From the NCBI RefSeq assembly GCF_006345805.1, contig NC_043006.1:1302001-1366000 (forward strand): DNA of 64,000 nucleotides, in the 5' to 3' direction. The notes beneath the pieces were generated by a model, which searched no databases, was not told the DNA's origin, and saw nothing but the letters and a program-made list of their open reading frames with translations. Shown one piece after another: positions 12,826-22,792 of this stretch (position 1 is the first letter of the stretch; every line of letters starts with the position of its first letter). Source of the stretch: Octopus sinensis (Eukaryota). The position numbers and the translations under genes are program-made.

Positions 12826-13090
12826 AAAAGATACAAACTGGGACAAGAACGCAAAACATTTAGAAGACGATACAAAAAACACGGACGGGACATTCGAAGC
12901 CTTCAATCTTCAGTCAAGAACCGGATCATCCTCGCAATTTCGGCTGATTAATCTTGAGATTGCTCCGACCTGGCCAGCCCCAAAGGAAAATCTAAGCCAA
13001 GCGCATTAGATTCCTTGGAGGAAAGCCTCGAATGTATACAAAACAAGGACGGGAACGAATAAGAATACAAAAATACGTAAAAACAATAAT
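12822..13090 (-). mobile_element. Probable Penelope-like terminal fragment between microsatellites
   Basis: Hammerhead-like GACTGAAGA..CGAA on minus strand; similar motif layout at 59890-60260. Confidence 0.3.
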
Positions 13091-13094
13091 GATA

Positions 13095-13126
<32 letters not shown>

Positions 13127-13224
13127 GTATGTATGCCTGTATGTATGTATGTATGTATGTATGTATGTATGTATGTATGTATGTATGTATCTCTATTTGT
13201 ATGTGTCTCTATTTGTATGTGTCT

Positions 13225-13421
13225 TTGTGTCTGTGTTTGTCTCCCAGACAATTAGTGCTAGTGTGTTTGCTTCCTTGCAACTAAGCAGTTCTGCAAAAGA
13301 AACCGATCGGATAAGTACTAAGTATTAAAAAATGTCCTGGGGTCGATTTGTTCGACAAAACCCTTCATGGCCGCAATCAAATGACTGAAACACGTAAAAG
13401 AATAAAAGAATATATATGTAT

Positions 13422-13510
<89 letters not shown>

Positions 13511-13940
13511 CGGGCTTCTTACAGTTTCTGCTACTAAATCCATTCACAAGGCTCTTGTAGGCCCGAAACAATAGTAGAAAGCATTTTTGTGTTTATATAT
13601 TAATATATATATATATATATATACTTTATTTAAAATCAGCAGAAATATAACAAAAGCTGTTACTCAGAGTTCGTCGGGCAGTTTTGTATTTGAGTACTTT
13701 TTTCCACCTTGTTTCACATTTATGTGCTTACTCCGGTATATATATATATATATCGAGTGTATATAAATGTGATAAGTGTGTGTATAAATCTTTGTGTATC
13801 TCCACCATCGCTTGACAGCCGGTGCTGGTTTGTTTACTTACCGGTAACATAGTGGATAGGCAGAAGAGACAGATAGAATAAGTGCTAGGGTCGATTTGTT
13901 CGACTAAACCTTTCATGGTGGTGTCCCACCATGGCTATTC
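13225..13940. mobile_element. Cluster of SINE-A fragments in both orientations with a (TG)n tract
   Basis: Matches to SINE-A middle/tail (13225-13410, 13790-13940, plus) and head (13505-13580, minus). Confidence 0.65.
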
Positions 13941-13959
13941 TCTTAGAGGATAAAGCTCT

Positions 13960-14750
13960 TTCTTTATCTCCAACATATATCGTACAGAGGCCACTACACA
14001 CATAAATATCGCCAGACAGCATCTAAGAAAAAATCTCATTCGGTTGATTATCGAAGACTCATTCGCAAACATGCTACAACCATTTGCAGCAACAGGAGGC
14101 GCAATGGCCCAGTGGTTAGGGCAGCGGACTCGCGGTCATAGGATCGCGGTTTCGATTCCCAGACCGGGCGTTATGAGTGTTTATTGAGCGAAAACACCTA
14201 AAGCTCCACGAGGCTCCGGCAGAGGGTGGTGGTGATCCCTGCTGTACTCTTTCACCACAACTTTCTATCACTCTTACTTCCTGTTTCTGTTGTACCTGTA
14301 TTTCAAAGGGCCGGCCTTGTCACTCTCTGTGTCACGCTGAATATCCCCGAGAACTACGTTAAGGGTACACGTGTCTGTGGAGTGCTCGGCCACTTATACG
14401 TTAATTTCACGAGCAGGCTGTTCCGTTGATCGGATCAACCGGAACCCTCCTCGTCGGAACCGACGGAGTGCTTCCATCCATTTGCAGCAACAGACTCTTT
14501 TTCATTTCTCTTCCTCCGTTATCGCTGTTAAATTCACCTCTTCCTTCTCTAAACTAACATGTTGCCTACAACTTCCATTTCTGCCTACTTGATATGCCTG
14601 TCTTTCCTCCACTTATAATGTCAAAGTGTCAGACATCTCTAGAGATCCTTCACAAACCACTCTTCTAAATTCTTCCCGCCAAAACCAGAACGCTCTTCAA
14701 TTTCGCTTCCGCCTACGTTTTCCGTCTTCATGTCGTCCTGCTGTATAGCT
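13960..14750 (+). mobile_element. Old CR1/L2-group LINE 3' relic interrupted by SINE-C
   Basis: Translation remnants IRLIIEDSFANMLQPFA and TNHSSKFFP resemble the CR1-group ORF2 C-terminus. Confidence 0.45.
14096..14477 (+). mobile_element. Full-length tRNA-derived SINE-C with 16-bp TSD
   Basis: TSD CCATTTGCAGCAACAG at 14080-14095 and 14478-14493; A-box TGGCCCAGTGG, B-box GGTTTCGATTCCC. Confidence 0.9.
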
Positions 14751-16192
14751 TAGCTTTACTGTTTTTACCAGTCTAAGAAGATAACCGGCATGACTCTAAT
14801 GTTTTTTTTAATTTCCACTTCTGATTAATTAATGATAAAGCAGAACCTCTTTTACCTCCGAGCAAAAAAGATAATAGTTAACCTCCTTAGACTTTCATAG
14901 AATGTCACAGGAGATTAATTATAATCATTCAACTGTCCAAAAATTCTTTATTGTGAGATTTCTTATAAAACTCTACGTCAAGTTAAAATTGGTGATGCTG
15001 GTACTTCAATCAATGACGTCACACATCAATTGAGATTACTGAGATTGTTGTTTGTTGCAATGTTTTTTTTCCCCTGGAATATTTCATTAATAGCAAATCT
15101 AGTTAACTAATCACTATTAGCAGATACTTGAAGAAATCATCCTACTTGGATTCTCATTACAAATGAACGAAATACCATTGTCAATGAATGATAACTGTGG
15201 ATGACCTTTGACATATTTGTGCTCTATTTATCAATCTATATTGATTAAGGAAGAAATATCTATGGAACAAAACCAAATGTTATTCTATTTACATCCAAAT
15301 ACCTGCCAGTATTTGACATACGTCAGCGAATGTTTCGGATAAGTTTCTAAAAATGATCGCTATTGTTTCTTTATGAATGGAATCCAACATTTTATATTTT
15401 TATCGGGAAATAGATAATGAAAACTTATAAATCCCTTTCTTATTTTAGTACGCAAAGAGACTTCAACTGTAAATGCTTGGCAATCCATTTAGGAAGCTGA
15501 ATCAAATATGCTAAGTCGTTATTTACTAAATATCTATTTTGAATAGGCATAAAGCCAGCTCAGTCAATGGATGGAATCTTGCTATCCCCGCAAGTACTTC
15601 CACTTCAGCCAGATAGGTTCCATCATCAACTGTATTTATGCCCAAATACAATCTTTACACTTTTTAAAGTAGCTCTCCGCTAACTATTTTGGGCAGCTTG
15701 TGAGACAGAGATAAACGATCCCTGACGAATCTTAAGACAAAACTAGTCAATTTCATCTTTATTGCAAATTTCCGAATCACTTTGGTTTAACCACGTGACT
15801 TAGTCATACAAGATGATCAAATGTATGATTAGTAAACGTGAATATGATTACGTATGCATATTTATTCATACCTCAACATATTAGTGTATTAATGGGATCA
15901 CGTTTTTTAGATGCATACGTAGTTTAGTTTTGAAATTATTGATTTACTACCAATAATATATTATGTACGTTAGAGTCTCCCTTTTGCTGGTGTTTCTGGG
16001 TGAGAGAAGCATAAATGCCTGGGTGTGTAATTTCGTCGGATGATGCTTGATGTTATGGACGCTAATCAGCTTCAAGTCGACTTTTCATTAAGCAGATTTG
16101 TTGTTGTTCGAGTGCCGTTAGTAGTACATGTATCTTGGATATATGAGTTTATGTATATTAATAAGGCATGCAGATAAACATACATGCATAGA

Positions 16193-16220
16193 CATATAGA
16201 CAGACAGACAGACAGACAGG

Positions 16221-16296
<76 letters not shown>

Positions 16297-16508
16297 TAGA
16301 TAGATAGATATATAGATATATAGATATATAGATAGATATATAGATAGACAGATAGATATATAGATAGACGGATAGATATATAGATAGACGGATAGATATA
16401 TAGATAGACGGATAGATATATAGATAGACGGATAGATATATAGATAGACAGACAGACAGACAGATAGATAGATAGATAGATATATAGATAGACGGATAGA
16501 TAGGTAGG

Positions 16509-16540
<32 letters not shown>

Positions 16541-16570
16541 TAGATAGATAGATAGATATATAGATAGACT

Positions 16571-16612
<42 letters not shown>

Positions 16613-16639
16613 TAGATAGATAGATAGATAGATAGATAT
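16193..16639. repeat. Compound (GATA)/(GACA)/(GATATA) microsatellite
   Basis: Direct reading; 20-bp higher-order unit x5 at 16341-16440. Confidence 0.95.
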
Positions 16640-19600
16640 GTTTCTTTATTAGCCACACAGGGCTGCACACAGATAGAACAAATTACAAGGTAAAGCTTTT
16701 CTTTTGAAGGTTTAAAAAAAGAAAAAGAAAAAAAGGGAAGGGGGAGTTTCGATCAAAAGGGATCGTAAAAGGAGAGAAAGAGGACAAAAAAGGGGGGGTT
16801 AAAAAAAAGGGGGGGAGAGGGGGAAAAAATTTGATCAATAGGGATCGTTATCACAGAAATGTCAATATGAAGTGTAAAGGGGAGGACAGGTGAGGTTTAC
16901 CCATGGAAAGAAAAGCCTACGGAAAAGACCACGGTAACCTCGGTCAATGGAGTCACATGTTATATTTCTTTTTTTTTTTTGCAAATAAGCAACTCTCTGT
17001 TTTCAATTTCTGGGTTCATAGGATCATGCTCAAGGTGGCTTCGTCATTCATACGTGCCATTCTTGCTACATTCACCCATCTTTTTTTAAAACATTCGCTA
17101 GACAAAACTTGCCCCTCTACTCTCACTTTCCTTTTCAAGTGGTACTTGAAGAAGTTGATGAGAGATTGACCAGAGAGGAAAGTGTTTGTCTCCAATCCTT
17201 TCAGACGCGTCCACCAGATACATTCTTTCGCCATAGCCACAAGGATGATGAAAATAGCTCTTCCTTCCCGTTTGAAGGAGGGAGGCGTGACAATATTAAC
17301 GATAGACTCAGCTGATAAACCGACTCGTCCCACACGTGACAGCAGTTGTTCGACACAAGCCCACAGGTCGGAAATTGTTGGACACTGCACGAGTGCGTGC
17401 AGAACGGTTCGTCGCTCTGACCGCATCTCGGGCAGGTCGGCCCGTGTTTCTCGAGCCGTGTCTGTAGAGCTTATCCCGAACGGGTAGCGCTTCTCGGTAG
17501 CACTGCCAGGCCAGGGATCTCTGGAAGTTGTCCATGGGTCCTGGCCCGAAAGTCGTCCTGAACAGGCGGTCAGGTACTCCTCGTCGACGTCCAGGTTCGC
17601 CCCGAGCTCGTCGTCGTACCTCCCCTCCACTAAACCCCTATAGAATGCTTTGGTTGTGTTGAAGTCACTCAAGGTCGACCCAGGACGGCAGAGTTGCTTG
17701 AGAGCAACGCGACACTCGCGGTGCCATTCGCCCTTCTTCGGCCTCTTTTTGATCCACGACTGCAGTTCGGTCATGGAGACGAGCTGCGGGAAAGCGTGCC
17801 TCACAAACGGCGACCACACCTGTTCACCGTCGTCTACATAGAGCCAGAGATGTCGCAGTCTCAGCGCGTGTCTGCGCATCATCAACCACGGCATGCCCAG
17901 CCCTCCTTTTAACGGGTGTTGACAGCAAATGGATCGCCTGACCATCGGGACGCATCCTTTCCACAAGAAGCGAAAGAGAATGCGTTGTAGTTTGGTGATG
18001 GTAGGGTCGGGACAAGGTACGACGGTCAGGCGGTAGTAGATGACGGACGCGATGTACGTGTTCGCCACCTCCGCCCGACCTTTTAGGGACAGTTTCCTCT
18101 CGGCCCATTGCCGGGCGAGAGTGACCACCCTACTCGTTATCTCGTTCCAGTTCTTCTCCACTTGGAGGTCCGGACCAAACCAGACCCCGAGCAACTCAAC
18201 CGGGCCGTCGGTCCAGCGTCCCACGACGGAGGCGCTGGTGGACGGCATGGGCTTGCTTCTCCAGGTGCCTAGTCGCAAGCCCACTGACTTTTCCCGGTTG
18301 ATTTTCGCTCCTGTCACCGCTTCGTAGTTTTTCAATGTCTCGCCGACCTGCTCGATGTGCTCGTGGCTAGACACTATGACGGTGACGTCGTCCGCGTATG
18401 CAGACACGCTCGTCCCGCATCCCAGTTCTCGCGGGATGCCTCTCAAGGTTGCCAGCTTCCGCAATAATGGCTCGAGAGTCAATACGTATAGAAGCGACGA
18501 GAGGGGGCATCCCTGACGGACCGAACGTGCGATGTCGAAGGGTCTCGATAGATGTCCATTCACGCGAATTACCGAACGGATGCCTCTGTACAAAGCGGCT
18601 ATCCAGCCGCGGAAGACGGGACCGAAGCCAGCCGCTCCGAGGACCGCCTCCAAGTATCGATGGTCCACCCTATCGAAAGCTTTCGATTGATCCAAATTGA
18701 TCAGCGCCCCACCCATGCCAGGTTAACTACCCTGTCTATGATGTAGCGCATCAGGTGGAGGTTGTCATGGATGGTCCGGCCTGGCACGGTGCATGTTTGC
18801 GCCCTGTCGACCAGTTTCTCGATGACAAGCGCCAACCTCTTGGCTAGCACCTTGGCCAAAATTTTCAAGTCTGCATTAAGCAGAGTGATGGGCCTAAAGT
18901 TATCTATTACATTTCCCTTGTTTAGATCTTTCTTCAGCAGTGTTACGGCTCCTCGGCTCACAAAACCAGGAATGCTCCCGTTTTGCTGCCAGTTGCAGTA
19001 CACCGCCGCCAAGAGATCTCCAAACAAGTCTGGCATACAATTGTAAAGCTCGTAGGGTAGACCATCCAAACCCGGTGATTTGTCCCCCGAGCATTCTGCC
19101 ATCGCTTCCTGCACTTCCGCCGCCGTGATGGCACCTTCGCAGCACCCTGCCTTTCTTGTCGAGAGTCGTGGTAGGCTATGTAGGTAGGCACTGAAGTCCA
19201 CCCTACGTTCTTGCCCTCCACTCGTTCCGAACAGTCGAGCAAAATGCTGCTGAAAGGCCTCACACATTTTACTTGGCTCGAGCAATTCGCGCCCCTGTTC
19301 ATCTACCAGGGACCGAATGGTGGCTTTGTTGCCCTGTTGCGCCTCTGCCACCCGGGCCTCTCTCGCGGCTCCAACACCTTCGTTCCTTAGAGCACGCATC
19401 CTAGCTCTGACAGCACATCCTTCGTGTTTGGCGTTGAAGTGTTGGTCGAGGGCCAACCTCGCCGCCAAAACGTCGGATGCGATGCCGCTTCTAATTGCCT
19501 CTTATAGCTTCTTAACTAGCTCACCCTCTACTCTATTTCTATCTATGGCTAGTGCTTTGCTGTACCTAATCGCTTCTGCTTTTACTGCTCTCTTGAGGGC

Positions 19601-19752
19601 AAACCACCATTTGTTGTTGATGATGGCTCCCGTCAAAGCCCTCTTTACTAGTGTGCTAATCCGGTCTCTGAAAACCTGTCTCGATGGGAAAGACGCGTTT
19701 AGTTTCCAGTATCCGGGACCCTGCCTAAGTGTCTTACCTAAGTCTAGCGTAC
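16640..19752 (-). mobile_element. L1/Tx1-type non-LTR retrotransposon, copy 1, 5'-truncated at the end of the endonuclease region
   Basis: GPGYWKLNAS, FRPITLLNADLKILAK, LDQSKAFDRVDH, VRQGCPLS, YADD motifs; 3' end GTGGCTAATAAAGAAAC joined to (TATC)n. Confidence 0.92.
17016..19752 (-). pseudogene. ORF2 (reverse transcriptase plus C-terminal CCHC region), frameshifted
   Basis: Pieces 19502-19752, 18701-19468 and 17016-18716; breaks near 19480 and 18710, plus a compensating pair near 17430-17570 seen by comparison with copy 2. Confidence 0.9.

Positions 19753-19835
<83 letters not shown>
19753..19835. repeat. (GATA)n between the two LINE copies
   Basis: Direct reading. Confidence 0.97.
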
Positions 19836-19836
<1 letters not shown>

Positions 19837-21242
19837 GTTTCTTTATTGGCCACACAGGGCTGCACACAGATGGGACAAGTTACAAGGTAGAGCTTTTCTT
19901 TTGGGGGATGAAGAGAACAAAAAACAAAAGAAAAAAAAAGGGGGTGGCGTAGGTTTTCGATCAAGAGGGATCGTAAAAGGGAAGAAAAGAACAAAAAAAA
20001 ATTGAATAAAATAAAAAGAATAGAAAGAAAAAAAAGAAAAGGAAAAGGAACAAAAGGAAAGAGAAATGAAAAAAGAAGAAAAAAGGGGAAAAAAGGGGAA
20101 GAGGAAAAAAAAGAACGATCAATAGGGATCGTGTATCACAGTGTTATGATATATGGTGTAAAGGGGAAGGCAAGTAAGGTTTATCCGTGGGAAGAAAAGC
20201 CTACGAAAAAGACCACGGTAACCTTGGTCAATATTGTTATATGTTACCACATTTGTTTGCAAGTGGGTAACCCTCTGTTTTCAATTTCTGGGTTCATAGG
20301 ATTATGCTCAGGGTGGCTTCGTCATTCATACGTGCCATCCTTGCTACATTCACCCATCTTTTTTAAAACATTCGCTAGACAAAACTTGCCTCTCTACTCT
20401 CACTTTCCTTTTCAAGTGGTACTTGAAGAAGTTGATGAGAGATTGACCAGAGAGGAAAGTGTTTGTCTCCAATCCTTTCAGACGCGTCCACCAGATACAT
20501 TCTTTCGCCATAGCCACAAGGATGATGAAAATAGCTCTTCCTTCCCGTTTGAAGGAAGGAGGCGTGACAATATTGACGATAGACTCAGCTGATAAACCGA
20601 CTCGTCCCACACGTGACAGCAGTTGTTCGACATAAGCCCACAGGTCGGAAATTGTTGGACACTGCACGAGTGCGTGCAGAACGGTTTCGTCGCTCTGACC
20701 GCATCTCGGGCAGGTCGGCCCCGTGTTTCTCGAGCCGGGTCTGTAGAGCTTATCCCGAACGGGTAGCGCTTCTCGGTAGCACTGCCAGGCCAGGGATCTC
20801 TGGAAGTTGTCCATGGGCTCTGGCCCGAAAGTCGTCCCGAACAGGCGTGTCAGGTATTCCTCGTTGACGTCCAAGTTCGCCCCGAACTCGTCGTCGTACC
20901 TCCCCTCCACTAATCCCCTATAGAATGCTTTGGTTGTGTTGAAGTCACTCAAGGTCGACCCGGGACGGCAGAGTTGCTTGAGAGCAACGCGACACTCGCG
21001 GTGCCAATCGACCTTCCTCGGCCTCTTTTTGATCCACGACTGCAGTTCGGTCATGGAGACGAGCTGCGGGAAAGCGTGCCTCACAAACGGCGACCACACC
21101 TGTTCACCGTCGTCTACATAGAGCCAGAGATGTCGCAGTCTCAGCGCGTGTCTGCGCATCATCAACAACGGCATGACCAGCCCTCCTTTTAGCGGGTGTT
21201 GACAGCAAATGGATCGCCTGACCATCGGGACGCATCCTTTCC
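19837..21242 (-). mobile_element. L1/Tx1-type LINE, copy 2, more strongly 5'-truncated
   Basis: Highly similar to 16640-17962; same 3' terminus. Confidence 0.92.
20350..21242 (-). CDS. ORF2 C-terminal fragment with [18 protein letters not shown] zinc-binding motif
   Basis: 291-aa ORF in track; promoterless truncated fragment, unlikely to be expressed. Confidence 0.7.
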
Positions 21243-21282
21243 AGATAGATAGATAGATAGATAGATAGACAGATAGATAGAC

Positions 21283-21379
<97 letters not shown>
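21243..21379. repeat. (GATA)n at the 5' junction of LINE copy 2
   Basis: Direct reading. Confidence 0.97.
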
Positions 21380-22617
21380 TGATCTCATGTCTTTGAGTTT
21401 TGTGTTGTTTTCTTTGCTTTTATAAAAATATATTCTAAATTGATTATATAGTAGAAAATACCGTAGAATGACAGATAATCCTTCCATAGTTCTCCCTGTA
21501 ATATGCCATTTTCGAATGAATCGATGATTTCAGTTCCTTTCTTTCTCTTTTTGTGACAAGGATGGAATAATCAAGTAGTTATATACAACATAAAAGCCAA
21601 CACAAACTATAATTTATTTTCCTGGAAATCATTCTTACAAATATATCAACACGCATTTAAAATAGATTGTCTTCTTTTTGATCTGTTTTTCAAATTAAGT
21701 TATTTGAGGAAGAAGATTAAAAGTCATCATTAAAAATCTATCAAAAGTAAATGGCAGCTAGCCCTGAAAATATATTAGTCATAAAAAGCAATTAAAGTGA
21801 ATTAAATATAAAATAAGGCTTATTGAAAAATTGTGTAAAGATGATAGCCTGTTAACAAGCTGATTAATAAATGACCTACGACTGTTTCAGTAGAGTTCTT
21901 TCTGCATTCCATAGCCTCGGACTTTTCAGGTTTGTCCTGCTGTTTAATAGGAACATCATATAGTAAAAAAGAACTTTATGTAACCTTAAACATTTCGTAA
22001 ATTTTACCTTTAGGACAAATCTTCAGTTAATCTCTATCAGTTAGTCTGGTTGAGCATAAATCAACTACCTATTCTCAAGTTTTCTCTTCAGTATCCAGTT
22101 TATCATTATATTTATGTAAGGATTATAGAGATGAATTTATGGAGTAGAGTACAAGTTAAATAGAACAAAAGATTATATGATTCGTCTTTCAGTAATATAT
22201 ATAGGTCTTTCAACGACTTTAACATCAAGTTTGCAATTCGTTCAACCCTGGGACCCCTTTCCATATGCTACCTGTAGAATGCTCACTACACATAACCGCA
22301 TTGCAACTCACTTTTCTTCAACAGGTCCTGCTCTATTCAACATGATTTTTTAAAATCAAAGAAAAAGATCCCCTAACCTTTATTCTTTTACTTGTTTCAG
22401 TCATTTGAATACGGCCACGCTGGAGCACCGCCTTGAAGGATTTTAGTCTAAGAAATCGATCCAAGGACTTATTCTTTGTAAGCCTAGTACTTATTCTACT
22501 GGTGTCTTTTGCCGAACCGCTAGGTTACGAGGGAAATAAACGTACAAGCATCGGTTGTCAAGCGATGGTGTGGGGACAAACACAGACACAAAGACACACC
22601 CACAAAAACAAACATAT

Positions 22618-22651
<34 letters not shown>

Positions 22652-22792
22652 CGACGGGCTTCTTTCAGGTTCCGTCTACCAAATCCACTCACAAAGCTTT
22701 GGTTGGCCCAAGGCATTAGTAAAAGACACTTGCTCAAGGTGACATGCAGTGGAAATGAACCCGGAACCATGTGGTTGGAAAGCAAGCTTCTT

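Noticed and set aside
14096-14170. tRNA-like sequences at SINE 5' ends (also near 30290, 47935, 48600, 50690, 57435)
   Set aside because: A and B boxes are present but there is no closed cloverleaf, and each runs into a SINE body, often with a TSD.
15010-15025. TGACGTCA (CRE-type) palindromes, also near 33620 and 48740
   Set aside because: A few 8-mers in 64 kb, one inside a SINE, with no promoter context.
17109-21487. Plus-strand and alternative-frame ORFs over the Tx1-like copies (likewise over 45163-47080)
   Set aside because: They are antisense or shadow frames of GC-rich retroelement ORF2 sequence.
21480-22330. Possible decayed retroelement ORF on the minus strand, with ~30 bp similar to 26640-26680
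   Set aside because: Many stops and no diagnostic motif.
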